A stretch of DNA of 63,186 nucleotides, filler included, from Octopus bimaculoides (Eukaryota), in assembly GCF_001194135.2 (NCBI RefSeq). It is 5 parts of 5 records of this genome, joined end to end, with 100 filler letters (N's around TTAATTAATTAA, not from the genome) between each part and the next. Parts side by side here need not be neighbours in the genome. Positions count along the whole stretch, not along the records: positions 1 to 16,410 come from NC_068987.1; 4 more parts are not named here. One strand, 5' to 3'. Every line of letters starts with the position of its first letter. Position 1 is the first letter of the stretch. The translations under genes and the position numbers were made by a program. Shown piece by piece: positions 1 to 13,886 of this stretch. The notes beneath the pieces were generated by a model. It ran no database searches and was not told the origin of the DNA. It saw nothing but the letters and a program-made list of their open reading frames with translations.

Positions 1-136
1 CCTTGGTTCTTTTCCCTAAAACTATATATTTATATATATTTAATACTGTGAAACTTAATTTAATTTTAATTTTTAATAAATTGATTTTAATTGAATTTTT
101 ACCAGTAATTTTGGATTTTTATCCCTAATATTATTA

Positions 137-183
<47 letters not shown>

Positions 184-1609
184 TAAAATTTCACTTAGGC
201 ATAGTGTTAGAACTCAATATACACACAGTTCAGAAAAATCATTGATGACATATAGAGTGTAAAAAGAGATTATATAAATGACAGTAAGATGCTATAAATG
301 GTATAAGATGCAATTCACTCATGAGTGCATTGCATCTTAGAGCAGAAACATCTGTAAGCTGATGAAGTTCACGTGGAGATGCATGGCTTAGTGGTAAGCG
401 TATTGGACTCATGATCATAAGATTGTGGTTTTGATTCCTGGACTGGATGACATGTTGTAATTTTGAGCAAAACACTTCATTTCATGTTGCTCCAGTCCAC
501 TCAGCTGGCAAAAATGAGTAATTCTGTGATGGACTGGCATCTTGTCCAGGTGAAAAACTTATATGCCATGGAAGCCAGGAAAGCGGCTTTAATGAGTCAG
601 CATGACTCAAGAAGGTAACTTTATTTTTTACCTAATGGAGTCCGTTACATTATTTCTTGTTTCCTTGCCATTAATATAAATATAATATATACATTTACAT
701 ATATATACTGAACCTGCTCTGCTCCAACCTCTTCTTTCATACCTTAATCTCCATCTATCATAAGTGACACTCCCCTCTAGTTTTGTAGACTAACAAGCTG
801 CACAGTGACCGCAACTGTACCAGTAATACATAAAGAGCACCCAGTGAACACTATAAAGTGGTTGGCATTAGGAAAGTCATCCAGCTGTAGAAACCGAAGC
901 AGACACTGGAGCATGATGCAGTCCTTGGACCTACCAGATTCTTAAGCTGTCAAACCCATGCTAGTGTGGAACATGGGTGTTAAATGATGATGATGATGAT
1001 GGTGATGAGATGACGATGATAACAATGACAATGATGATAATGATGACTATATACGTGTGTGTGTGTGTGTGTGTGGACTTTTGTGTCTGTATTTGTCCCC
1101 ACTACTGCTTGACTACAGGTGTTACTTTGTTTATAACCCTTGTAACTTGGCAGTTTTGACAAAAGAAACTGATAGAATCAGTACCAGCCTTAAAAATAAG
1201 CACAGGGGTTGATTTGATTTGTTTGACTAAAATCCTTCAAGGCCATGCCCCAGTATGGCCACAGTCTAATGATTGAAACAAGTAAAAGATAAATTATGCT
1301 GTGCAACATTTTTTTTGTTATTTTTATTTCTTATTTGCTTCTATCTAGAAATGAAAGGAAATGACAATTCTTCCCTTCAAACTTTGCTTTTGTGACTTGG
1401 ACATCAATGTTTTGAAACTAAGTTATTTTCCAATACATTTCAGACAGATTCAGCTCTGAGTTGCTGAAGCAGAAATATCATTATAGCAAATATTATGCTC
1501 AATACCAAAGATCTGCTTGTTTGACCTTAACCACTTGAGTATGTCCCTTAGTGACTAACAAAATGTGCGTCTCTGATCACGAGCAGGAGTAGTGGTGGAG
1601 CATCATAGC

Positions 1610-1811
1610 CAGTGCTGAATTTACCATTGTGCTTAAGCATGCCCCCAAAATTTTAAAATGTCAACTGTTCAAATGCTTTTCCTAAAAGTTACAAAAGTGA
1701 AATTAAAAAGTTGAACTCCTAAATTTCCTGAGTATATATGCCTGACTGTCCAAATATGAGACTTCATAACTTAACTAGCACAAGGCCTTATTTGTCCTAA
1801 TTCTGGCACTG
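1610..1811. mobile_element. hAT-type MITE nested in an older dispersed repeat (about 1335-1860, related inverted copy at about 30240-30550)
   Basis: TIR CAGTGC..AATT, 8-bp TSD atcatagc/atcataac. The host repeat resumes after the insert. Confidence 0.75.
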
Positions 1812-1877
1812 ATCATAACCATATGTTGAGAGGAATTCTTTGGTGTTTGAATAAATGTAACAAAAGCAAAATTTGAA

Positions 1878-2284
1878 GGAGCGCAGGAGTGGCTGTGTGG
1901 TAAGTAGCTTGCTTACCAACCACATGGTTCCGGGTTCAGTCCTACTGCGTGGCACCTTGGGCAAGTGTATTCTACTATAGCCTCAGGCCGACCAAAGCCT
2001 CGTGAGTGGATTTGGTAGACGGAAACTGAAAGAAGCTCGTCGTATATATGTATTTATATGTATGTGTGTGTGTTTGTGTGTCTGTGTTTGTCCCCCCACC
2101 ATCGCTTGACAACCGATGCTGATGTGTTTACGTCCCTATAACTTAGCGGTTCGGCAAAAAGAGACCGATAGAATAAGTACTAGGCTTACAAAGAATAAGT
2201 CCTGTGGTCGATTAGCTCGACTAAAGGCAGTGCTCCAGCATGGCTGCAGTCAAAATGACTGAAACAAGTAAAAGAGTAAAAGAG
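1878..2284 (+). mobile_element. tRNA-derived SINE, full length (octopus OK/OR-like by memory)
   Basis: A-box TGGCTGTGTGG, B-box GGTTCAGTCC, central (TA)(TG) tract, tail gaaacaagtaaaagag. Confidence 0.85.
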
Positions 2285-2381
2285 AAGTTTTAGCCATTTT
2301 TTATACTTTCTAGGGGTAAGCAAATAGGAAATAACAGTTGCTATTCAAGGATAAAAATTATGTTATACAGTGTTAATTTAC

Positions 2382-2413
2382 TTGTTTTGTCATAACACCA
2401 TCACTGTCTGGCT
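2382..2413 (-). CDS. Candidate 32-nt exon, PDSDGVMTKQ
   Basis: Strong acceptor catttttacctttcttcag, donor GTAAAT, one open frame (phase 1 to 0). An intervening exon is needed and may lie in the 6361-6556 gap. Confidence 0.4.
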
Positions 2414-5400
2414 CTGAAGAAAGGTAAAAATGAAATTCATGTGAGATTTGTACATAGCTCAATGAATTATCAGGCCCACACATAGTAAAATCAACAAGCA
2501 TCACCTCTTGATCTATAGCTAGAAATAGCAGTTAATTTTCCTTCAAATATCACAGTGACATCTTTAAAAAAAAGATCAAATGCAGTTCCGGTTTCCTGCA
2601 CTTCAGGAAAACATGGGATGGGAGGGGAGGGGATGATCCTTACTGGGAATTTTTTCCATCATATCTGAGCTTGATTAAGGGTTGACCTGAGTCTACATAA
2701 CAAGAGCAACAGTAAAACATCAACAGTCTTCTTTGCCAGCTCCATGCTCTAAAACTAAGGAAAGCCAAGTAGTTGGCTTTTGATAGTTCAGCAGGAGGAG
2801 GAGGAGGAGGAGGAGTGTGGTAGTGGATAAGGAAAAGGATAAGGGAGAGAGGGAAAAGAAGGTGATGGAAGAGGAGGATGAAAAAGTAAAGAAGAATAAA
2901 GAAGGGAGAAAGGAGGAGGAGAAAAAAAAAATTTGCAAGTGAGAGGGGTAAACCTGTCTCTACCAATCAATAACAATTATTAAATTTTATTTTCAATTTC
3001 TATTTTGCTTCTTCTTTTTTTTTCTTTGGTGTCTTTTGCTCTTGTTATTTGTCTTTTTACATTTTTTTTTATATATATGTTGTCTCTTTTGTTTCAGTCA
3101 GCATGTTGTTGTTTGTTAAGAGCAGACATTTTAACCAAAATGTAAGAAGTGAACTGACAATAAACAGCCTAAAGATATTGTGTGGTTATTTTATTAATAT
3201 TATATTTTTAAAGTTTTTATTTTATTTTATTTTATTTACCGTTTTTCTTTCTTTTTTTTTCTGTAACTTTTCTGTGGAAGTAAAGATAATTATGGGATGT
3301 AAAGTGATTTCCCAAGATACAGATGATAGATGATTACTTTGCAGAAAAGGCATAAAAAGAAAAAGAAAATTTCTTTTGTTTTTTTTTTTTTAAATTGCAT
3401 TTTCACTTGTCACATCATGTAATAGTATTACATCAGTATGAAATGTCTTATGTAATTCGGTTTTTAGTCAAAATGTTTGTTTGACTTGCTTATTTGTAAG
3501 AGATGAAAACTACAGTACCCCTACAAAATTAGTGGAGGTCTGTGTTAGCAAATAATAATCAATAAAATTTGTTAAAATTAAGCAAACTGCATGGACTGAT
3601 GGGAGAGGTGAGTTAAAAACTATTTGTTTTCTTTGAATGTGTCTCTTCTGCTATTTTTTTACTTGTTTCAACCATTAGACTGTGGCCATGCTGGGGCACC
3701 GCCTTGAAGAATTTTAGTTGAATGATTCAACCCCAGCCTTTTATTTTATTTTTTTAAGCCTGGTACTTATTCTATCATTCTCTTTTGTGAAACCACTAAG
3801 CTACAGGGATATAAACGTACTAACACCAATTGTCAAGCAGGGTGGTGTACAAAACACACACACACACACGTACGACAGGCTTCTTTCAGTTTCCTTCTAC
3901 CAACTCCACTCACAAGGCTTTGGTCTGTCCAAGGCTATATTAGAGGACACTTGTCCAAGGTGCCATACATAATATCTTGCGTAATCATTTAGATGTATGA
4001 CTGTCACTGTTGAGTTTTGAGCTCCAGGTAGATTATCATAATCCAGTCTGCTTCCAGTACAGTAGTTTTTATTATATGCCTAGTAGTATTAGTGCTTATG
4101 ATAAACACAAGTTTTTAAATTATTTGTTCATACAAGCATTTCATTGCTGTGGTTGTTTGGAACTTCTGCATTTAAAGTTCCAAATGCAAATGGCTGTTAC
4201 CACAACAGATCACCAGGGCAACACTTTACAGTGTTATGTTACAGAGATACACATGTACACACACACACTATCATTATCATCATCGTCCCTCACTAGCATG
4301 GGCTGGACTATTTGACAGGATTCAATAAGCCAAATGACTGCATTGAACTCTGATTATGCTTTGACATATTTTCTATGGCTGAATGCCAATCCTAACGCCA
4401 GACACTTTACAGAATGTACTGGGTGCTTTTCTTGTGGCACCGGCACCAGTCAGGTCACCAGGTAACTCACAATCCAAAATTCCTGGGCTGAGAATGGTTC
4501 CATTATTGTGCAAGGTAGCTTTGTGCCCCATGTTGGGAGGCAAAGTCATAGAATGACATGAACAGTTACTTCATTGTAGCGGTGATACATGGGTACCCCA
4601 ATTAGAAAGGGAGAAAATTTGGTATTGATGTAGTATCAGGGCATAACTTCAACATGCAAGAAGCTGGATAAAGAGAGAATAGTGATGGTGAATTGAGAAT
4701 GGTTAGATGGAGAGGTCCCCAGGCATGTGAAAGGGGAGTGATGTGGTCAGTAAAAGGTTAGTGATGAATACAGGGAATGGTGGACAAGGTTAGAGATTTG
4801 GTCAATGGTGAATCTCAATTTGGTGGGAAGAATAAAGAAAAATAGTAGAACAAGGAGGAGGAAGTGTCATATATAATAAATATACATGTAGTTCATTGTT
4901 CTGTTATAAGAAAGATTAACAAAAAAGTACCCTATCCAGTGCGAGGTCATTATCATTCAATATACACAGTATTTAGGAATGAGCTGCTAATGAGACAACA
5001 CAATAATTCAGCAGATTTATATGATATGCTTTGTGTCTCCAAGTAATCCTTCAAGGTCAAATGCACAACATGGCTGGTCTTATTTGAAAAACCAAGAAGG
5101 GATGCTGGTATTTAAGCCTGAGAGATTGCTTGAGGACACATGGCATGGTCTATAGATCAGCCAAATTAGTGTATAATTTGAGGATGATTCTGACTGTTAT
5201 TTTGAGCAACCATGTTGGCTTGTGATGCACATAATGTTGTTGAAATTCTGCAAAATATAATTCTCTTTCTCTTGGAAAATGGTTTCATCAACCTGTTATT
5301 TTATTTATTTATTTATTTTTTAAGTTGATGATGTTGTTTTTTTCATTTTCTTCTAATTGAGGCAAACGTTGCATTTGAAAATGATTATTGACAGATGGTT

Positions 5401-6046
5401 GGAAAAAAAGAGCTGGGAGAATTCTTCACTATTTGTCTGTGATAATTTTTAATTGTTGTTTGGGAGCAAAAAGTGATGTTTGAAGGGTTGGTATTGTGGA
5501 TGTTTTGTGTTATGCTGTGGACCGAAATAAAAAGAAAACAGGAAGAAAAACTTGAAATGGAATGCTTTTCTAAAACTGAATAAATAAATAAATAAATAAA
5601 TAAATAGATAAAAAATAAGTCGATGCTAAACAACTCAACAAGGAGAAATAACAAAATTTAATTGGGTAAAATGGTAAACATCCAACATTAACTACAAAAC
5701 AAGTAGAGAAATTAAAATACTATACAAAATAATTTATTTTTGCAATGGCCATACTAATTAAAACATTTCAATAATAACTTTAAATAACCTATGTTTTTAA
5801 CATTAAACACCATAATCGAACACCTTCCCAAAATCATCCATTGAATTGTAAGATATTATGATCTAAAGAGGATATATCTCTATGCAGTTCACTTGAATTG
5901 CAAAAAATAATAGCTAAGTCTCCCTCATTTTATATCCTAACAGCTAGAAGGGAGAAAAAAATGAAAAATGAAAAGAAAAATATAATGTAAACATACATAA
6001 AATAAGACATGAAGAACATTACCAGAACACCTTTGACCATATATGT

Positions 6047-7101
6047 ATTACATGGAAAAATGTGAGCAAGAGAAATAATATTCTTAAGATTATAACCTGG
6101 AAAATTACAGGACAAGTTATTACACTTGGAAAAGTTCAGGACAACTTATTATATCTGGTAAAGTACAGAACAAGAAAATTTTTACTTAAAATATTGCAGC
6201 TAAGGATAAAATTTCAAATAAAATATTTAGATTTAGAAAGCATTAGCTTCTATTAAAACTAAAAATTTTATTACAAGTTATTACTTCTATTTTTTATTAC
6301 TTGTTACTTCTATTAAAAGTAAAAAATAATTCAATTAAAAGATCTTTTGTACTTTTAAAANNNNNNNNNNNNNNNNNNNNNNNNNNNNNNNNNNNNNNNN
6401 NNNNNNNNNNNNNNNNNNNNNNNNNNNNNNNNNNNNNNNNNNNNNNNNNNNNNNNNNNNNNNNNNNNNNNNNNNNNNNNNNNNNNNNNNNNNNNNNNNNN
6501 NNNNNNNNNNNNNNNNNNNNNNNNNNNNNNNNNNNNNNNNNNNNNNNNNNNNNNNNTAAATTATAAATTAATAATTATAAATTTGTAAATAGGTTATAAA
6601 AAATAATAGTAGTACATAATTAGATAGTATAATAAACAGAATAATACAAAAATTATTTATATATTACAGTAAAATCTACCTATAACAACAAATTCACAGT
6701 AAAATTATTGCCAAGTCTTCACATTTTCAGTCTTGACCCAATTACTATTTTTTACATAATGAATTTGCCTACCATATATACTATTCTACCTTGCATAAAA
6801 CTTCAGCTATATTGGTACTTCTGGCTCTCATTTTTTAAGTATTCTAGTGTGTCAATATTTTAACAAAATGATGGTACCTTTTTTAATTATAATGTTACTT
6901 TGTAAATTAAAATCAAATAACTTTTAACATTCAAATTTTATCCTTAGATGCAATATTTTAGTAAAACTTTTCTTGTTCTGTACTCTACCAGACGTAATAA
7001 GTTGTCCTGAACTTTTCCAAGTATAATAACTTGTCCTGTAATTTTCCAGGTTTATAATCTTAAGAAAATCATTTCTCTTGCTCACATTTTTCCATGTAAT
7101 C
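6047..7101. repeat. About 170-bp inverted repeat pair (6047-6215 and 6933-7101)
   Basis: Arms are reverse complements with few mismatches and internal ggaaaa.t.caggacaa.ttatta subrepeats. Confidence 0.85.
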
Positions 7102-7173
7102 CATGTTTTTTCCAGGCTATGCAATTACACTAATTAATAACGTCAAATGTGTCAATTAATAATTTTTCCTTAC

Positions 7174-7207
7174 CTCAATGATGCCAGTGACATATATCAA
7201 AAGTCCC
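7174..7207 (-). CDS. Candidate 34-nt exon, GLLIYVTGIIE
   Basis: Acceptor ttctataag, donor GTAAGG. The single open frame is phase 2 to 0 and compatible with exon 7303. Confidence 0.5.
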
Positions 7208-7302
7208 CTTATAGAATTATATTCATAAAAATGTATAAAACTATATTATCACCCTCAAATTTGAGAAACAAACACTCATAACATTTTCCTTTTTTCCCTT
7301 AC

Positions 7303-7469
7303 TTATATTTTTTTTCCTGATATTTGACCTCACAACTTTTTTGATACAAATTTTTGTTGCTTGGGAACAAAACTGTTAGGGACGACCGTGCGAACTCATA
7401 AAGGAGTAATGGTGACGAATGGACAAACAGAGGACTCCTTTTATTTAAACGTGTCACACGGTCAAACAT
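7303..7469 (-). CDS. Candidate 5' coding exon of an unidentified gene, MFDRVTRL...LFPSNKNLYQKSCEVKYQEKKY(K). The 5' boundary is uncertain, with an alternative internal acceptor ccctaacag.
   Basis: Only one open frame, donor GTAAGG at 7302, phase 2 matches the next exon across a 95-nt intron. Lies at the edge of a CpG-rich region. No homolog recognised. Confidence 0.45.
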
Positions 7470-10400
7470 ACAAATATATATATCAATGGATGATATATAG
7501 AATATGTTATGCGACGATAACATAGATGACCAGTAATGAAAGACCACAACCGTATTAGATGAATAACAGATATATTTATTGTAGCGTTAAAGATGTATGT
7601 CTGTGTGAGAGTGTGAATGCGACATATAAGAACATAATCAAAGACAGGCCGTCGTACAAAGAAAAGTGTGTATGTGAGTGATACATGTGTGTGTATGTTA
7701 TTACAGCAGAGAGAAAGAGTCAGTAAATGACACGTGAGCAATTATACCAGATCGTTAGTACACTATAGGAAAAGTTCTGNNNNNNNNNNNNNNNNNNNNN
7801 NNNNNNNNNNNNNNNNNNNNNNNNNNNNNNNNNNNNNNNNNNNNNNNNNNNNNNNNNNNNNNNNNNNNNNNNNNNNNNNNNNNNNNNNNNNNNNNNNNNN
7901 NNNNNNNNNNNNNNNNNNNNNNNNNNNNNNNNNNNNNNNNNNNNNNNNNNNNNNNNNNNNNNNNNNNNNNNNNNNNNNNNNNNNNNNNNNNNNNNNNNNN
8001 NNNNNNNNNNNNNNNNNNNNNNNNNNNNNNNNNNNNNNNNNNNNNNNNNNNNNNNNNNNNNNNNNNNNNNNNNNNNNNNNNNNNNNNNNNNNNNNNNNNN
8101 NNNNNNNNNNNNNNNNNNNNAGACAAATTTGTGGGGTATGAGTTGATCTATATATAGCGTTAAGAGGGCTCCAAATGCCTTCAGAATTTTACTCTATCAC
8201 GTGACCTTATTAGGGGCTGTGAATGGGTTCTCTACTACGCTCGCATTTATTTATATTTAAATGAGAAGATTGTATGTAATGGCGATAGTAGTTTGTATCT
8301 AATGGCGGGAGGTAGTTTCACTACAAAACTATGAAATTCTGCATGCTTTCTTCTATAATTGAATCTAAGATAAATATATTTTGCTTTTAAAATAAAAAAA
8401 GTTATTGAGATCTAAACTTGATCAGTAGCGTTACTTACTCTCCTATAATGTTGAAACAAATTTTGATGCAATCTTTTTTCTACTGGATCAAATCTGAAAT
8501 TTTTATGTCAAAATGTAGATAGGGATCAGTCCTCTTCAAAAATGTTAACAGTTTTCAATTTGGTTAAGAACTGAATTAGCAACAAGCTCTAAAAGATGCT
8601 GCGTGTGAGTAAATTGTGGCCTTAAGAATATTATTCAACTATGACCGTAGTTGAATGATACTGGATACATAGAAATATAAAGGGAACAATGATCTTCGCC
8701 ATAGACCATGACTATGGAGAGGAAGCCTCAACATAGTAAGCAGAGGAAGCCTCAACATAGTCGCTCGTGTGACTAGAAATAGCAGCCAAATCGTCTTCAA
8801 ATCACACCCTGCCTTTTAGAAAAGAACCCGTTAAATAATGTAGTCGTGGGTTACCTGTACTTAAAAAAGAAAGGGATAACAGTCATGGCTGGAATGTCTT
8901 TGATCATCGGTGGTGTGCTCTTCTCGGGCTTTCCTGAGGTTAAACACTACTACCAACAACAACCTAAATGTCTAAATAAAAAGGAAAACGCATTTGATAA
9001 TGTATTAGTAAATACACTATATCTGAAACTAAGACTGGGGGATGTCAGCTGAAATACTTTTGATCATACGTCAGCTGAACCAGAGGGGAACAAGAGCGAA
9101 ACAAGAGCAATATCAACAACAAAAACAGTTATAGAAACGAAGTCTCTAAGGTAGCCACCAACGACAAGACAAACAGAAATTCTTCTAGAACAGTAATTCC
9201 CGGCTGTTTCACTGTCAGGGGCTCCTTTTGTTTAAATGAATATTCCCTCTGATCTCAGATTTTTGAGAGGTCTGTCTATTTAAGCCAAGATGACCCGTGG
9301 TTAAGTGACATCAATGATGGTGCACCTGAGCACTATATACAATAAGCTCATTATCATTATGATTTTTTTCTATTATTTTAAAAGAGGTGAGCCGGCAGAA
9401 TCGTTAACACTCCAGGAAAAATATCCGGCGGCGTTTTGTCCATCTTTATATTCTGTGTTAAAATTCCACCGCGATCGACTTTATCTTTCATCCTTTTGGG
9501 GTCGATTAAATAAGTATCTGTGGATCATTGAGGTTGATGTAATCGACTATTTACTCTTCCAAAATGTCAGGCCTTGTGCCTATAGTAGAAATGGTAATTC
9601 TGAAGGCAGTGAGCAGACAGAATCGTTATAGTACGCCAGTTAAAATGCTTTGCAGTATTTGGTCCGTCTTCACGTTCTGAGTTCAAATTCCGCCGAGGTC
9701 AACTTTGTCTTTCTACTATCGGGGTCGATAAAATAAGTATCAAGCAGTGTCTTGGTATATGCGAACTTTAGGTTAGTTATAATATGGCTTGCGAAAGAAT
9801 TCAACATCCAAAGGCAAATTCACTGCTGTTACTGTGTAGAAAAAATCCTCTCTTATGGTAAACAGTGTAAAATCACCATATCTAACCAATGTCACCCCCT
9901 GTCGGATTCCCAGTTCCTTGCTCATTAGCCGTTATTAATGGAAAATACCGAAGTGAAGTAACTCTGAGCAGATTTAAAACTGTAGCTTTAACTAAAACAT
10001 ATTCAACAACATTGATTGAGCTATTAAACAGCGTACCTTTAACGTAGTACAAGAAGATTCAGCCTAACACAAGATGCGACAAGACTGGCCCTTTGAAATA
10101 CGGATACTAACTCATTCTGCCAGCTGAGTTGACTGGAACAACATGAAATAAAGTGTCTTGCTCAAAGACACATGCGTCGCCGAGTATCGAACATATGACC
10201 TTACAACCATGAACCAAATACCTTAACTACTAAGCCACGCCGCACCTTCATCACACGCGCGCACGCACACACACACATACATATGCGCACATACACACAC
10301 ACGAAAACGGGTATATATAACTTGAAGGAAAATATGCAAATTTCGTAAAAGTAAAACAATCTTTGACGAAACGTCATTGAAAGGGAAAGACAGCTTGAAA

Positions 10401-12233
10401 CTATCAATGGATCATTTAAATAGTTTGAAGTAGTGGCTAGCTGCAAAATATTTTGAACTGCATATTTACTAGCCAAAAATGATAAACCGTATAGTGACCA
10501 TTTTAATTTGTTGTAATTGCAAGAATTGAATAGCGCAACGGGCAAACTTGACGATCGTGTATGCAAATGTATTGGGTGTCATCATTTTGCGACTGATACG
10601 CAAGCAAGAATGGCAGATTTTTGCTTTTTGCTGATATTACTTTTTTTTTCCTTTTGCATGTTTGTGTATCCTAAGGACTTGGCCGCCTGTATCTTTCGTA
10701 ATTCGATTGAATAAAAGATCGATCGGAATCCAAAGCAGTTGATCAACTTCGTGTTGTTGTTACTGTGTAACACGAGATGAGTCCTTGATTGTGGAAACTC
10801 AGCTCGTTGCTAGCCTTTCGAATTACTCAACTTGATCCACAGATCAATAGCTACAAGTAAATCTCCGGAAAGAGATCATTACCATTATTACTTTCGACCT
10901 TTCAGCAAAAAATTTCCGAATTCAAATTCCGCTGAAGTCAACTTTGCCTTTCTTCCTTTCAGGGTTGATAAAATAAGTACCAATTGAGCACCGGGATCGA
11001 TGTAATCGACTAGCCCCTTTCCCAAAAATTTCAGGTTTTGTGCCTATAGTAGAAAGGATTATTATTTGTTTCGTTTTGTAAATAGATTAATGTTTTCACT
11101 GCTGTAAATAAATATTATTTTTAAATTGAAATATTTTAATGAAGGAAGACATTTTGGAAAATATGAAAAATATTTTATTATGACGTCATTTCGATGCTGA
11201 TTTTTCAGCTCAGGAAATTAAAGATCGGTGAAAAGAAAAGGAGACAATTTTCATTTTGCTAGAGCTTTATTATGACATCACAATTGCCGACTTTTGCTAA
11301 ATAGAAGACGCAATTTGATTTTGTCTTCATATCGTCATTACTTCCTTCAGCAGACACCAACATCGGATTTATGGATTCTCTTGTCTATAATCCCTCAGCA
11401 TTGAGATATTTCACCGACTTTTAAGATAGGTAAGCATTTGATTCTACACACACACACACATAAACACACACACACACACAGATACACATTTTCGTAGCAG
11501 CTGGTATCGTCCTTGAGAACTATCTTCACCCAAGCGGTGGTCCTTAGATTAGAGTAGGAAACATTTAGTTCCAAAGGAGTAGGTAGCTAGGTTTTGTTTT
11601 TCGGCTTTTGGGGAGGGTATTTTTTTTCTTTGCTTTGTTTTTTTTTTTACCCGTTTTCTGTAGAGACATCCCTAGATATAACTAACTTATATGTATAGCT
11701 GCTAATGAATCGCATAACTGCTACCCTCGATGGATGGTAGGTACAACTCGGTTCAGGAAGTAGCGGTTGATTCGTTGTAAGTCAGCCTGTACGGAGGACG
11801 GTTGGTCAGTTATCACGAAAATGTGATAATTAGAGTTGTTTAGGTAAGGAAACCGCAAAAGGAAGATAAGTTTCTTGATACGATTCAGGTTTCTACATTC
11901 ATTTGCATAACATCGTAACATAAATTGTACTTGATATATCTCTGACTTGTTCATATCCACTGGATACAAACTGTTAGACAAGACTTCAGAATGTTTGATT
12001 TACTACTAGTTATCACAAAAAAGAGTTACAACTGGATATAAACTGTCGTTAAGCTGGACAAGACTGGGGAATAAGAATTTGATTTGCACCTAAAGTTATT
12101 ACAAAAATAGAATCAAGTCAGATTTGATGTCGGTTTTATGAATTTTTGAGTATTAAACACCCTCTGTAATATGCTGGTTGGTGTCATAACATAGTTCCAG
12201 GTCGTCTGGCCTGTGCCATGTAACCGTATAAAC

Positions 12234-12512
12234 CAGGGGTTTTCAAACTTTTTGACTTACGGACACCTTTATATTTCAGGCTTTACCTTATAAACGCTTA
12301 TGAAATTTATACATAAATATTTGCTTAAAATAACATATTTTTACATTTATTTATTTAACAGTATTTAACAAATAGGTTTGTCAATTAAAAGATTTCGATT
12401 AAAAAACATATATAAAATCAAATTGCCCATAAAAAGTATTTGCTGTCCACGGACCCCTGTCTTGTCCTTGCGGACCCCCTGTGGTCCGCGGACCACAGTT
12501 TGAAAACCCCTG
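12234..12512. mobile_element. hAT-type MITE
   Basis: TIR CAGGGGTTTTCAAACT, 8-bp TSD gtataaac/gtatagac. Confidence 0.88.
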
Positions 12513-12689
12513 GTATAGACTCTTAGCCAGGCTCTTTCTGAAAAACCAGGGGGCTCCAATCAGAAACCAACATCTTTATATTTTTTTAATGAAAATAAAA
12601 GTATAAAGTGATTTTAGTAATGTTTTATAAATTGTGCGTGTGTAGATGTATCTGTATAAGTGTGTGAGCGTGTGCGCGCTCCTGTGTGC

Positions 12690-13724
12690 GCTTGACCCGA
12701 AGAATACATCAAGCCATGTTTCCCATGTTGCACGAAACGACTAGCAGACTGGAAAGTTACCGGGAAAAAAAATGGATTCGAAGGCGCTGTATCGGAGGAT
12801 TTGGTGCATGCTGTAGGTGGCGAGCGTTGTCGTGTTGAAGAAGCACGCCGTGTCGCCGGCCGAGTTGTTTCAAATGGATTACTTCAATGAACTGGCGAAT
12901 TTATTGAACATAAAGCCCTGATTTGACGGTGGTTCTTTTCAAGCATTTCGTAATGGATTAGCCCTTCCCAGTCCCATCAGACGCATATCGTTTTATTGCA
13001 AATATGCTGCTGAGGCTTGGCTCAAGGTGTCGCTTGCTTGTCACGTCTCAGCCATTCTTTCCTCTGCTTCATATTAGCGTAAAGAAACCACTTTTCATCG
13101 CCAGTCACGATGCAGTAAAGAAGTCTATTTCCAAGCAGCTTAGTGTTCAGCGAACAAACAGGCGGCGATAGATGGGTGCTGGAATTTTTCTTCACTCCGA
13201 ACGTGTGGTACTCATATAATGAATTTTTGGACCTTACTGATCGAGTGAAAGTAACACGCGACGGTATCCTGAGGGCATCTCCTGAGCCAAAAACCCTAAT
13301 GGAATGGCGCAGCTCTTCGTGGATGATGAGCTCGTTCAAGTGATCCTCATCGAACTGCCGGAGCGGAGTCTCTGGAGTCGAATTTCCCCTCCTTCGAGCG
13401 TGAAGCTTTCTGTATAGTTCATTCAGTAATAGCGCCTCCTCTATTCACAGCACAAATGCCTTAAGCGGCTTGGGCAGATTTAAAACCTTGATTTGAAAGC
13501 AAAGAAAAACAGACATCGAAAATGGTCATATTTTTTTTTCTTTACTTGGCGCGCCATCGTCATGTCTGAAAAGATGAAAAATTTATTCATATTTCAAAAA
13601 CGATAAACAGTTGAAGAAGAATATAGCTAAAAAAACAAAAAAACAAAAAAAAAACGATAAAAATACTTTTCTTGTTGATTCAAATAACATTGGAAAGAAG
13701 CGAATGAATTTATGACAACCTGAT
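12690..13724 (-). mobile_element. Mariner (DD34D-type) transposon relic
   Basis: IVTGDEKWFLY, WDWEGLIHYE and ATP-AKP segments with stops and frameshifts. 5' TIR TATCAGGTTGTCATAAATTC ends at about 13724. The 3' boundary is approximate. Confidence 0.85.
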
Positions 13725-13886
13725 ACACACGCACATGTACGTATATGTGTGTGTGTGAATAAGTCTTTTACTGATTTTGGTTAGTGGACTTTAACCCTTT
13801 TAGAGCACTACTTTCAAGAGTAGTAGACGATCATATTCCCTCTATTATTTATTCCAGTTTGTTACCTATTTTATTCGTCTCTTTGA

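Noticed and set aside
1878-1960. tRNA-like A/B boxes (also at 15905 and 31182)
   Set aside because: These are SINE heads without a complete cloverleaf, not tRNA genes.
2640-5654. Hydrophobic track ORFs (e.g. 2640-2966, 3049-3333, 5385-5654, and similar ones at 18201, 53604 and 55671)
   Set aside because: They are translations of microsatellites, poly-T or purine tracts and N gaps.
8718-8762. 24-bp tandem duplication gaggaagcctcaacatagt
   Set aside because: A simple local duplication inside a dispersed repeat.
11351-11429. Plus-strand segment with good acceptor and GTAAGC donor
   Set aside because: Stops in all three frames. It could be a UTR exon but has no further support.
10582-11981. 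Protein-like minus ORFs 10582-10773 and 11721-11981
   Set aside because: No recognisable homology, no convincing splice-site pair, and length within chance expectation.
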